Below, piece after piece: positions 36,401-48,671 of a stretch of 64,000 nucleotides of DNA (position 1 is the stretch's first letter; every line of letters starts with the position of its first letter). This DNA comes from Antedon mediterranea. Taxonomy: Eukaryota; Animalia; Echinodermata. The position numbers were made by a program, and so were the translations under genes. The stretch spans positions 24,689,237-24,753,236 of the forward strand of contig NC_092672.1 in NCBI RefSeq assembly GCF_964355755.1, written 5' to 3'. The notes beneath the pieces were generated by a model, which searched no databases, was not told where the DNA came from, and saw nothing but the letters and a program-made list of their open reading frames with translations.

Positions 36401-39400
36401 ATATTCCAAACCTCAAATTTTCAGTTGATGCATTTTAACCTTTATCTCTAGTTTTTATTTTACATGTAAAAAATACCTTTGCTTAATGATGTTTTATCAT
36501 TTGTATTTAGCTTCTATCTCAAAATCTAATACTGACCAACCTTCTTCTATAAAGAAAAGAAAAACCGCTTTAGAAAATTCTTATAATGCGAGTGGCAGCG
36601 ATGCCCAATCTTCTTTATCAAAAGTTCAAAGAACTACTGGTAATGTTTTATGTTGTTGGTTAGCATAATAACAACACCATTTTGTTTTATTCAAGAAATA
36701 ACTTTACTCATTATATTTCTATTATAAAAACTATGCACACAATTTATTTTATTTGCAATTATACACGCCTCAGTGTATCCTTGTCTTCATACACGCCTCA
36801 GTGTATCCTTGTCTTTATACACGCCTCAGTGTATCCTTGTCTTTATACACGCCTCAGTGTATCCATGTCTTTATACACGCCTCAGTGTATCCTTGTCTTT
36901 ATACACGCCTCAGTGTATCCTTGTCTTTATACACGCCTCAGTGTATCCTTGTCTTTATACACGCCTCAGTGTATCCTTGTCTTTATACACGCCTCAGTGT
37001 ATCCTTGTCTTTATACACGCCTCAGTGTATCCTTGTCTTTATACACGCCTTAGTGTATCCTTGTCTTTATACACGCCTCAGTGTATCCTTGTCTCTATAC
37101 ACGCCTCAGTGTATCCTTGTCTTTCTACACGCCTCAGTGTATCCTTTCCTTTATACACGCCTCAGTGTATCCTTGTCTTTATACACGCCTCAGTGTATCC
37201 TTGTCTTTCTACACGCCTCAGAGTATCCTTGTCTTTATACACGCCTCAGTGTATCCTTGTCTTTATACACGCCTCAGTGTATCCTTGTCTTTATACACAA
37301 GTGTGTTTGAATGCACAACTGTCGTTTCAGCAGAATCATCCTGGATCGTGGAATACCCTCCAGAACCCGATGGGTATTTTTGCCTGAAATGTAGACCGAA
37401 ATGTATTGTTGGTTTGTGGTTGTTGTGATTGTTCACCGTGTGCTAAGTTGTGCAAAAGGTCCACGCGGACGGTGGCCCAAGAGCACTTTGTGAGCGGAAG
37501 TGACGGTCGTACAGTTGCCATGAAGTCGGATATTATTTGTTTAGGCTTTGAATGAATTTCAGATAAGTAAATAATTCTTGCAGATCTTGAGGGTGGGCGG
37601 ACAGGTATATGGTTGCAAAGTCAAAGAAAGCTGTGAACCACTCCTGTTCATCTAACCCCTCTTTTCAATTTAGGGACAAGTTCAAGACCCCCATTGTATT
37701 GTATATTGAACGTCATTGGTGGGTCACGGGAGCGAAGATCACACATGTCGACAAACCTATGGGCCTGAATTTTATTCTTTAGGGTTTCAGAAAGAGCTCC
37801 AGCCTTGACCCCACCGGAATAGTAGAAAGGATTGGAAATAAGATTTCCTTTGGCCAGAGGGATAGGGATATGTTTACATTATGGCGTGGTACTATCGCTA
37901 ATTGTATCAATTTTCTGGGGGATGCCCGTCGTGAGGTCTCATTCAGCGGGAAGATCAGTTCGGACATTCGATGATGTTAGTAATATCAACTGTCGACGAT
38001 GGGTTACCCTTCAATTGTTGAACCTCGGCGGAAAGGTTTTTAACAATCGCCGTAAGTTCTGCCAGTTCCGTTGCCCCAATTTTCTTAGGCCTCCTCTTGG
38101 CAGGTGTGTTGGTTTTTGCCTTCTTAATGGGTCGAGTCTTTGCATCATGTAGATATGGAAGGCAACAAACAACTGACATATACCATTTTAAATCTCTATG
38201 TTTTATAGCCTCTTTATCTAACCACTAGACTAGACTCATTAATGTACAATAGATAGCATGTGATGGATCATGTAGATATGGAAGGCAACAAACAACTGAC
38301 ATAGACCATTTTAAATCTCTATGTTTTTGTAGCCTCTTTATCTACCCACTAGACTAGACTCATTAATGTACAATATATAGCATATGATGGATCATGTAGA
38401 TATGGAAGGCAACAAACAACTGACATAGACCATTTTAAATTTCTATGTGTTTGTAGCCTCTTTATCTATCCACTAGACTAGACTCATTAATGTACAATAT
38501 ATAGCATATGATGGATCATGTAGATATGGAAGGCAACACACAACTGACATAGACCATTTTAAATCTCTATGTTTTTGTAGCCTCTTTATCTACCCACTAG
38601 ACTAGACTCATTAATGTACAATAGATAACATCTGATGCATCATGTAGATATGGAAGGCAACAAACAACTGACATATACCATTTTGAATCTCTATGTTTTT
38701 ATAGCCTCTTTATCTACCCACTTGACTAGACTCATTGTACAATAGATAGCATCTGATGCATCATAGATATGGAAGACAACACACAACTGACATAGACCAT
38801 AGCAGAACAGTGCATTGAATCAATTGTGATACTGTACTCTTGATTATGAATAATATATATCTGTTTTTTTGTATAGATACACAGACTGCTGCTCCTCTGG
38901 CTACAAGCTCGTTAGGGACAGGTTAGTGGTTATCATTATGTATCGTATGGACAGTTTGTCTGAAAATACATGAATATACATAATAGCATAACATCTTGGT
39001 GTCATTAGCAGAATAGTTGATTTGATACTGGTATTCTTGATTATGACTAATGTATATGTTTATTTTGCATAGATGCACCTATTGCTGCTCATTTGGCTGC
39101 AAGCTCATTAGGGACAGGTATAGGTGAGTAACATTAGATCATTAGGGACAGGTATAGGTGAGTAACATTAGATCATTAGGGACAGGTATAAGTGAGTAAC
39201 ATTAGATCATTAGGGACAGGTATAGGTGAGTAACATTAGATCATTAGCGACAGGTATAGGTGAGTAACATTAGATCATTAGGGACAGGTATAGGTGAGTA
39301 ACATTAGATCATTAGGGACAGGTATAGGTGAGTAACATTAGATCATTAGGGACAGGTATAGGTGAGTAACATTAGATCATTAGGGACAGGTATAGGTGAG

Positions 39401-42400
39401 TAACATTAGATCATTAGGGACAGGTATAGGTGAGTAACATTAGACCATTAGGGACAGGTATAGGTGAGTAACATTAGATCATTAGGGACAGGTATAGGTG
39501 AGTAACATTATATCATTAGGGACAGGTATAGGTGAGTAACATTATATCATTAGGGACAGGTATAGGTGAGCAACATTAGATCATTAGGGACAGGTATAGG
39601 TGAGTAACATTAGATCATTAGGGACAGGTATAGGTGAGTAACATTAGATCATTAGGGACAGGTATAGGTGAGTAACATTAGATCATTAGGGACAGGTATA
39701 GGTGAGTAACATTATATCATTAGGGACAGGTATAGGTGAGTAACATTAGATCATTAGGGACAGGTATAGGTGAGTAACATTAGATCATTAGGGACAGGTA
39801 TAGGTGAGTAACATTAGATCATTAGAGACAGGTATAGGTGAGTAACATTAGATCATTAGGGACAGGTATAGGTGAGTAACATTATATCATTAGGGACAGG
39901 TATAGGTGAGTAACATTAGATCATTAGGGACAGGTATAGGTGAGTAACATTAGATCATTAGGGACAGGTATAGGTGAGCAACATTAGATCATTAGGGACA
40001 GGTATAGGTGAGTAACATTAGATCATTAGGGACAGGTATAGGTGAGTAACATTAGATCATTAAGGACAGGTATAGGTGAGTAACATTAGACCATTAGGGA
40101 CAGGTATAGGTGAGTAACATTAGATCATTAGGGACAGGTATAGGTGAGCAACATTAGATCATTAGGGACAGGTATAGGTGAGTAACATTAGATCATTAGG
40201 GACAGGTATAGGTGAGTAACATTAGATCATTAAGGACAGGTATAGGTGAGTAACATTAGATCATTAGGGACAGGTATAGGTGAGTAACATTAGATCATTA
40301 GGGACAGGTATAGGTGAGTAACATTAGATCATTAGAGACAGGTATAGGTGAGTAACATTAGATCATTAAGGACAGGTATAGGTGAGTAACATTAGATCAT
40401 TAGAGACAGGTATAGGTGAGCAACATTAGATCATTAGGGACAGGTATAGGTGAGTAACATTAGATCATTAAGGACAGGTATAGGTGAGTAACATTAGATC
40501 ATTAGAGACAGGTATAGGTGAGCAACATTAGATCATTAGGGACAGGTATAGGTGAGTAACATTAGATCATTAGGGACAGGTATAGGTGAGTAACATTAGA
40601 TCATTAGGGACAGGTATAGGTGAGTAACATTAGATCATTAGGGACAGGTATAGGTGAGCAACATTAGATCATTAGGGACAGGTATAGGTGAGTAACATTA
40701 GATCATTAGGGACAGGTATAGGTGAGTAACATTAGATCATTAGAGACAGGTATAGGTGAGCAACATTAGATCATTAGAGACAGGTATAGGTGAGCAACAT
40801 TAGATCATTAGGGACAGGTATAGGTGAGTAACATTAGATCATTAGGGACAGGTATAGGTGAGTAACATTAGATCATTAGGGACAGGTATAGGTGAGTAAC
40901 ATTAGATCATTAGGGACAGGTATAGGTGAGCAACATTAGATCATTAGGGACAGGTATAGGTGAGTAACATTAGATCATTAAGGACAGGTATAGGTGAGTA
41001 ACATTAGATCATTAGGGACAGGTATAGGTGAGTAACATTAGATCATTAGGGACAGGTATAGGTGAGTAACATTAGATCATTAGGGACAGGTATAGGTGAG
41101 TAACATTAGATCATTAGGGACAGGTATAGGTGAGTAACATTAGATCATTAGGGACAGGTATAGGTGAGTAACATTAGATCATTAGGGACAGGTATAGGTG
41201 AGTAACATTAGATCATTAAGGACAGGTATAGGTGAGTAACATTAGATCATTAGGGACAGGTATAGGTGAGTAACATTAGATCATTAGGGACAGGTATAGG
41301 TGAGTAACATTAGATCATTAGAGACAGGTATAGGTGAGTAACATTAGATCATTAAGGACAGGTATAGGTGAGTAACATTAGATCATTAGGGACAGGTATA
41401 GGTGAGTAACATTAGATCATTAGGGACAGGTATAGGTGAGTAACATTAGATCATTAGAGACAGGTATAGGTGAGTAACATTAGATCATTAGGGACAGGTA
41501 TAGGTGAGTAACATTAGATCATTAGGGACAGGTATAGGTGAGTAACATTAGATCATTAGGGACAGGTATAGGTGAGTAACATTAGATCATTAGAGACAGG
41601 TATAGGTGAGTAACATTAGATCATTAAGGACAGGTATAGGTGAGTAACATTAGATCATTAGGGACAGGTATAGGTGAGTAACATTAGATCATTAGGGACA
41701 GGTATAGGTGAGTAACATTAGATCATTAGGGACAGGTATAGGTGAGTAACATTAGATCATTAGGGACAGGTATAGGTGAGTAACATTAGATCATTAGGGA
41801 CAGGTATAGGTGAGTAACATTAGATCATTAAGGACAGGTATAGGTGAGTAACATTAGATCATTAGGGACAGGTATAGGTGAGTAACATTAGATCATTAGG
41901 GACAGGTATAGGTGAGTAACATTAGATCATTAGGGACAGGTATAGGTGAGTAACATTAGATCATTAGAGACAGGTATAGGTGAGTAACATTAGATCATTA
42001 GGGACAGGTATAGGTGAGTAACATTAGATCATTAGGGACAGGTATAGGTGAGTAACATTAGATCATTAGGGACAGGTATAGGTGAGTAACATTAGATCAT
42101 TAGGGACAGGTATAGGTGAGCAACATTAGATCATTAGGGACAGGTATAGGTGAGTAACATTAGATCATTAGGGACAGGTATAGGTGAGTAACATTAGATC
42201 ATTAAGGACAGGTATAGGTGAGTAACATTAGATCATTAGGGACAGGTATAGGTGAGTAACATTAGATCATTAGGGACAGGTATAGGTGAGTAACATTAGA
42301 TCATTAGGGACAGGTATAGGTGAGTAACATTAGATCATTAGAGACAGGTATAGGTGAGTAACATTAGATCATTAGGGACAGGTATAGGTGAGTAACATTA

Positions 42401-45158
42401 GATCATTAGGGACAGGTATAGGTGAGTAACATTAGATCATTAGGGACAGGTATAGGTGAGTAACATTAGATCATTAGGGACAGGTATAGGTGAGTAACAT
42501 TAGATCATTAGGGACAGGTATAGGTGAGTAACATTATATCATTAGGGACAGGTATAGGTGAGTAACATTAGATCATTAGGGACAGGTATAGGTGAGTAAC
42601 ATTAGATCATTAGGGACAGGTATAGGTGAGTAACATTAGATCATTAGGGACAGGTATAGGTGAGTAACATTAGATCATTAGAGACAGGTATAGGTGAGTA
42701 ACATTAGATCATTAGGGACAGGTATAGGTGAGTAACATTATATCATTAGGGACAGGTATAGGTGAGTAACATTAGATCATTAGGGACAGGTATAGGTGAG
42801 TAACATTAGATCATTAGGGACAGGTATAGGTGAGTAACATTAGATCATTAGAGACAGGTATAGGTGAGTAACATTAGATCATTAGGGACAGGTATAGGTG
42901 AGTAAGATTAGATCATCAGGGACAGGTATAGGTGAGTAACATTAGATCATTAGGGACAGGTATAGGTGAGACATTAGATCATGAGGGACAGGTATAGGTG
43001 AGTAACATTAGACCATTAGGAACAGGTATAGGTGAGTAACATTAGATCATTAGGGACAGGTATAGGTGAGTAACATTAGATCATTAGGGCAGTGTTACAA
43101 CCACTTATGTAGTACTAGCTATATAAAAGCTACTGCTAAGAGAGAAACAATAAAGATATCATATCATTTATTTCATTTGAACAAATACAAACATGAAAAC
43201 ATAACAAATGTAAATCAATGAGGCACGATTACCTAAAATAACAGCAGAGAAGCCAAAATTAGACATTCAAACATTTTTAAAACATAATTAAAATACATTT
43301 TTTGGAAGAAAGTTAAAATTGCTGTATATGAATGACAAGATAGTTTAAATTGTATGAAGTTAAATGTATTACAGCAAAATCCACCACAGGTTAGCTAATT
43401 CTTTAAAATAATCAAAGCCGAACAAATCAGAATGGAATCGTGCTCATATTTCTTCTAACTTTCAGAAACATCAAATTATCAACATTATTTTCTTTGATAT
43501 TATTAATTTGAATACTATAATAACAATTTTCAAATAGTAGACAAAACTTTTCTACGTAGGAAAGGTGGTCAAAATAATAACTAAAACATCCTTGAAAACA
43601 AAACAGCAATTTGTTAAGAGATTGATTCACACACATATATATATATATAAACTTTTATGGGGATAAAAATGCAATAATTATCCATCATTTGTTTTGCAGA
43701 AAATACATTGCAAGAAAAGTATTTATATTACTAAAATATAAATATGCTTATTTTGCGGTGAAATATTTTAAGATTTGTTTAAGAGTGACTAGTATCAATC
43801 ATAGTATAATAATTCTCAAACACTTGTTTTTGTAGTGAATACATCACAAGAACAATTCAACAAGTTGAAGTATGATCTTGGTTCACTCTATATTGGTGAG
43901 CGACTGCTGTTGTTGAAATGCTGTCTATTTGAACACGTAGACTTACAGCATCTTGGCAAGTCAAGTTGCACAGCAAATTACCTATTAAACCAACTACATG
44001 AACGTCGTTATATCACACCTACTAATATCCGTCTGTTGCTAGAGGTGGCTGAGATTTCACAGTTGAAAGATGCTGAAGATCTCATAAATCAATATGTGGT
44101 AACCAACAAGGTTCCAAACACTGATGAAGATATAAAGTCAGTTTCACCATATAGGAAACGATTGTGCAAGGCATTGCAGCAATTTGATCCACATAATTTA
44201 AATGATGTAATTGCTTACTATGGATTGAACTTATTAAGTTTACCAACAATTTGGGAATTAGTGTTTCACCTTGAAAGCAATAGAAAATTACTAGAAGAAT
44301 CAGAAATAAAGAGGTTGGCTGAGCTTCTTGGACCAATCGCTGAGAGCATACTATTCAATGGTATGTATGTTGTATCATGTATAAACATCATTTATAACAA
44401 TTGAAGTTAATTTATGTGATTTCTTACATACACAGTGTGATTATAAATAATGTAAGCCATGTAAAGTATATTCAACTATAAATCTCATCATATTTAAATA
44501 TTGATAGCATAACCTGCATCATTACACCAGCATTGTTAAAAGAGTAAAAATCAATCTCATAATTATACTGTAAGACACATGTAAAGACCATTTGCACTGT
44601 ACACAATATCTTGTTTGACACAACTTTATCTATGTTTGTTAAAGAGTAATTACTAATTTTTAAGAACAGAAAGTTTACACATTCACATTTTGAACACTTT
44701 GTTGACATTAAAAGTCTTTTATACTGAAGAAAAAACTTGCCTATCACAAATAGGCCTATGTGCATAGAAACATGCCCTTAGAAATAAGAGTACCTTTTTG
44801 AATGGGCCTGCCTTGCCTATCCATGCAAAAATCTATTAGAAAATATGTATTTTTAAAATTTGTTCCTATGTTTTTGTTATAGTTTTGTAAAAAAAAAAAT
44901 GAAAACAAATTTGAATTGAATGTTACCTATGATGACTTAAATGGCCTGTTTCAACTACGATACTATACAATAAAAGTTTTTCTAATTTTTTTTTCAGATG
45001 AAGGAGCAATTCCACTTCTACCCAAGCAGACAATTGAAAGAGTACCACAAACATGTGAAAATATCAAGACAATACTATTGCCATGCAAGGCAACCGAACG
45101 ACTAGGGTATCGTAACCAAAACGAGTATCATTACTATGCAAGACAACCAAACAAGTAG
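24493..45158 (+). CDS. Spliced Roco-family gene: ROC (no P-loop found) - COR - S/T-rich linker - tandem DED, about 951 aa
   Basis: Phase-compatible GT-AG exons: 24493-24509, 24980-25083, 25762-25881, 26289-26402, 26804-26970, 27690-27779, 28907-29065, 29487-29735, 30289-30474, 34202-34357, 34444-34725, 34975-35064, 36105-36321, 36511-36639, 38877-38921, 39073-39117 (or 39123), 43836-44360, 44998-45158; total 2856 nt, open throughout. First and last exons are least certain. Confidence 0.8.
26804..29735 (+). CDS. ROC GTPase-domain exons (G3, G4, G5) and start of COR
   Basis: IWDFGGQPIYHVIQRIF (G3), VVCVVFNM, FWIRSV...IMLIGTH (G4), FTIENS (G5), PIKWL (COR start). Confidence 0.85.
27874..28808. 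repeat. 57-bp intronic minisatellite, about 16 copies
   Basis: Unit aatagcagatgcctgatatatgattgttgttatttccacttccatgatagtgttgtt. Confidence 0.95.
30289..36321 (+). CDS. COR-domain exons
   Basis: FLEYLHDIGEILFY...L...IVID, G.LDERLLQHIW, LMQTFGLMC, FYVLSRL, FDGYLPDDLFQR; ends with C-x-C...H...PC. Confidence 0.8.
30572..32883. mobile_element. MULE/foldback-like element with ggacaactacccc subterminal arrays
   Basis: (ggacaa(c/t)tacccc)n at 30590-30860 and inverted at 32015-32215 and 32615-32880; 9-bp TSD gcatttacc at 30563-30571 and 32884-32892. Confidence 0.8.
31515..31942. mobile_element. Nested MULE-like MITE (428 bp)
   Basis: TIR gggtgtttcgaaactagaga; 9-bp TSD gttaaaaac at 31506-31514 and 31943-31951; internal tacgaaaagggagaccc repeats. 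Confidence 0.85.
32985..34110. repeat. 94-bp intronic tandem array, about 12 copies
   Basis: Unit agggaaggcccaacaaagtgtcccc...cacaagtaagttttaataaggttta; period read from 33081 to 33175. Confidence 0.95.
35102..35912 (+). mobile_element. PIF/Harbinger deletion derivative retaining a Myb/SANT fragment
   Basis: TIRs gg(c/g)cctgtttctgctgc; 3-bp TSD TAT; ORF 35454-35714 IYKDISKKI...QVNSKLKSLRKQY...CPHYD is Myb/SANT-like. Confidence 0.85.
36760..37298. repeat. 28-bp minisatellite, about 19 copies
   Basis: Unit tatacacgcctcagtgtatccttgtctt. Confidence 0.95.
37299..38145 (-). pseudogene. Decayed DIRS/Ngaro-type gag fragment
   Basis: Manual translation of minus strand: EWFTAFFDFATIYLSAHPQDLQELFTYLKFIQSL...WQLYDRHFRS, then Cys/His finger remnant (..CAFKHTC); contains stops. 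Confidence 0.65.
38144..38800. repeat. 124-bp tandem array, about 5 copies
   Basis: Unit atcatgtagatatggaaggcaacaaacaactgacatagacc...; starts at about 38267, 38391, 38515. Confidence 0.9.
39105..43092 (+). repeat. 34-bp satellite, about 117 copies, seeded from an exon/intron junction
   Basis: Unit tcattagggacag-gtatag-gtgagt-aacattaga; first 13 nt of copy 1 are the end of coding exon 39073-39117. Confidence 0.97.
43836..44360 (+). CDS. Tandem death effector domain (DED-DED) exon
   Basis: FNKLKYDLGSLY...LLLLKCCL...LLNQLHERRYITPTNIRLLLEV then SPYRKRL...WELVFHLE, resembling caspase-8/c-FLIP prodomains; 525-nt symmetric phase 1-1 exon. Confidence 0.75.
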
Positions 45159-47402
45159 GGTACCGTAACCAAAACGAGTATCATTACCATGCGAGAAAAC
45201 CAAACGAGTAGGGTACCGTAACCAAAACTAATATCATTACCATGCGAGACAACCAAAGGAGTAGGGTACCATAACCAAAACGAGTACAGTATCATTAATA
45301 TACGAGACAAACAAACGAGTATGGTACCGTAACCAAAACGAGTAGGGTACCTTAACCAAAACGAGTAGCATTACCATGCAAGACAACCAAACAAGTAGGG
45401 TACCGTAACCAAAACTATTATCATTACCATGTGAGAAAACCAAACGAGTAGGGTACCGTAACCAAAACAAGTATCATTACCATGCAAGACAACCAACAAG
45501 TAGGGTACCGTAACCAAAACTATTATCATTACCATGTGAGAAAACCAAACGAGTATGGTACCGAATCATAATGAGTATCATTACCATGCAAGACAACCAA
45601 ACAAGTAGGGTACCATAACCAAAACCATTATCATTACCATGCGAGAAAACCAAACGAGTAGGGTACCATAACCAAAAAGAGTATAATTACCATGCAAGAC
45701 AACCAAACGAGTAGGGTACCGAATCATAATGAGTATCATTACCATGCAAGACAACCAAACAAGTAGGGTACCATAACCAAAACGAGTATCATTACCATGC
45801 GAGAAAACCAAACGAGTAGGGTACCATAACCAAAACGAGTATCATTACCATGTGAGACAACCAAACGAGTATGGTACCGTAACCAAAACAAGTATCATTA
45901 CCATGTGAGACAACCAAACAAGTAGGGTACCGTAACCAAAACAAGTATCATTACCATGCGAGAAAACCAAACGAGTAGGGTACCGTAACCAAAACAAGTA
46001 TCATTACCATTTGAGACAACCAAACGAGTATGGTACCGTAACCAAAACGAGTAGGGTACCTTAACAAAAACGAGTAGCATTACCATGCAAGAAAACCAAA
46101 CGAGTAGGTTATCGTAACCAAAACGAGTAGGACACAGTAACCAAAACGAGTATCATTACCATGTGAGACAACCAAACGAGTATGGTACTGTAACCAAAAC
46201 GAGTAGGGTACCTTAACCAAAACGAGTAGCATTACCATGCAAGACAACCAAACGAGTAGGTTATCGTAACCAAAACGAGTATCATTACCATGCAAGACAA
46301 CCAAACAAGTAAGGTACCGTAACCAAAACAAGTATCATTACCATGTAAGAAAACCAAACGAGTAGGGTACCGTAACCAAAACGAGTATCATTACCATGCA
46401 AGACAACCAAACAAGTAGGGTACCGTAACCAAAACAAGTATCATTACCATGTGAGAAAACCAAACGAGTAGGGTACCGTAACCAAAACGAGTATCATTAC
46501 CATGCAAGACAACCAAACAAGTAGGGTACCGTAACCAAAACAAGTATCATTACCATGCAAGACAACCAAACAAGTAGGGTACCGTAACCAACACAAGTAT
46601 CATTACCATGTGAGAAAACCAAACGAGTAGGGTACCGTAACCAAAACGAGTATCGTTACCATGCAAGACAACCAAACAAGTAGGGTACCGTAACCAAAAC
46701 AAGTATCATTACCATGCAAGACAACGAAACGAGTAGGGTACCATAACCAAAACAAGTATCATTACCATGCAAGACAACCAAACAAGTAGGGTACCGTAAC
46801 CAAAACAAGTATCATTACCATGTGAGAAAACCAAACGAGTAGGGTACCATAACCAAAACGAGTATCATTAATATACGAGACAAACAAACGAGTAGGTTAC
46901 CGTAACCAAAACGAGTATCATTAATATACGAGACAAACAAACGAGTAGGGTACCATAACTAAAACGAGTATCATTACCATGCAAGACAACCAAACAAGTA
47001 GGGTACCGTAACCAAAACTATTATCATTACCATGCGAGAAAACCAAACAAGTAGGGTACCGAATCATAATGAGTATCATTACCATGCAAGACAACCAAAC
47101 AAGTAGGGTACCATAACCAAAACAAATATCATTACCATGCGAGAAAACCAAACGAGTATGGTACTGAACCAAAAACGAGTATCAATACCATGCGAGACAA
47201 CCAAACGAGTATGGTACCGTAACCAAAACGAGTAGGGTACCTTAACCAAAACGAGTAGCATTACCGTGCAAGACAACCAAACGAGTAGGTTATCGTAACC
47301 AAAACGAGTAGGACACAGTAACCAAAACAGGTTTCATTACCATGTGAGACAACCAAACGAATAAGACACAGTAACCAAAACAAGTATCATTACCATGCGA
47401 GA
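45075..47402. repeat. 53-bp satellite with two internal subrepeats, roughly 44 unit-lengths
   Basis: Unit ccatgcaagacaaccaaacaagtagggtaccgtaaccaaaacgagtatcatta, with occasional extra half-units. Confidence 0.95.
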
Positions 47403-47498
47403 CGTGAATGTGAACAAATACACAGTTGTGTGCACAATTTAAAAGTAAAAGTAAAACACCTGCAATACCATTAATTACAATTTTATTCATCTTTTCAG

Positions 47499-47575
47499 AT
47501 TACGTCCATATGAAATCTTTAAAATATTGGCATGTTGCTGCTGATAACTTGACTTGGATAAAACGTATTTATTAA
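47499..47575 (+). CDS. Possible alternative terminal exon (DYVHMKSLKYWHVAADNLTWIKRIY*)
   Basis: Good acceptor ttttattcatcttttcag; open in the phase-1 frame left by the DED exon. Confidence 0.3.
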
Positions 47576-48627
47576 CAATTATGGCGGCAGTACACAGCCA
47601 CATGGATAGATTGGAATTTGAAGGCGAAAAAAACATTATTTTTAGATTGATAGTTGAAACCAATCAAACTGTGGTATGTTTGTAAATACCATTTGTTTTG
47701 TATATCATTGTTGTCCTTTATTATTAGTATAATACAAAATATGTGCATTTCAAATTTCAAACTTATTAACATTCACTTGGAAACAGAATAATGTATACAA
47801 TATAAAGTGTCGATCATTTTGTATATTCTTGTTTGTATTTATTATTCAGTTAAACATAAGTTTATAAAAACCATTACTACATTACTATTACTTTTTTTTT
47901 TTAAATATAATTAATCATTGGTGAACACTGGATTCTTGAAGGTCATCATGTCACGTGGATGTAAAATTCACATTTCACTGAGCATTCACAACCATTAAGA
48001 ATAAATCTTAGTTACAATAAGAATATTCTGCAATGACAGTCAGTTTTAATGCTAACTTTTTTTCACAATTTAATTTTTTTTACTGCCATATAATTAAGTT
48101 TAGTTTTTAAATGTTTGTTTTACTTTGTTTTTCTGAATAAAGAAACCTTTATATGTTAGTCTTACTGTGTATGATATTCATAAATTAACAAAATGTATTT
48201 TTATATATAAATTTAATAATCAGCAATTTTTCAAATTATTTTCTTAATGCTAACTCTTTTTCATAACTATGATACCAGTTATTCCGATGTTTACTTTTCA
48301 ATTCAATTTCGTAACCGATATATGGCTAGAAATCCCATTTCTAGCCGTCCAATCTAATGGAAATGGTATTGATGCTTTTATACAACATACTTGTTATATA
48401 ATATATCCACATTCTTGTTTTATGTAGTAAATATCATGTTTTTAATTGTTAACGTCTTTTCTTATTTGTTTTTAAGATTGCCAAACTTTGTACGGCTTTG
48501 CTATTCTTTCCATTTAAATATATATGTCGGGATTCTATTGTGATACATCTAGTGAATCACACAAATCAATTGGTTACCCACCAATTATGCCCAGTCTCAG
48601 CTGAAATATGTCCTATGTGTTCACAAC

Positions 48628-48671
<44 letters not shown>

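Noticed and set aside
36682-37428. Overlapping YTPQCILVFIHASV repeat ORFs
   Set aside because: A stop-free 28-bp repeat is open in all frames; no coding evidence
39105-43092. CRISPR array (34-bp repeats)
   Set aside because: Units are head-to-tail with no unique spacers, there are no cas genes, and the context is a eukaryotic intron
39105-43092. Array of functional micro-exons or recursive splice sites
   Set aside because: AG|GT and 6-nt ggacag candidates exist, but there is no pyrimidine tract and inter-unit introns would be under 30 nt; retained only as competing donors
45237-47490. Hydrophobic minus-strand ORFs
   Set aside because: Translations of the 53-bp satellite
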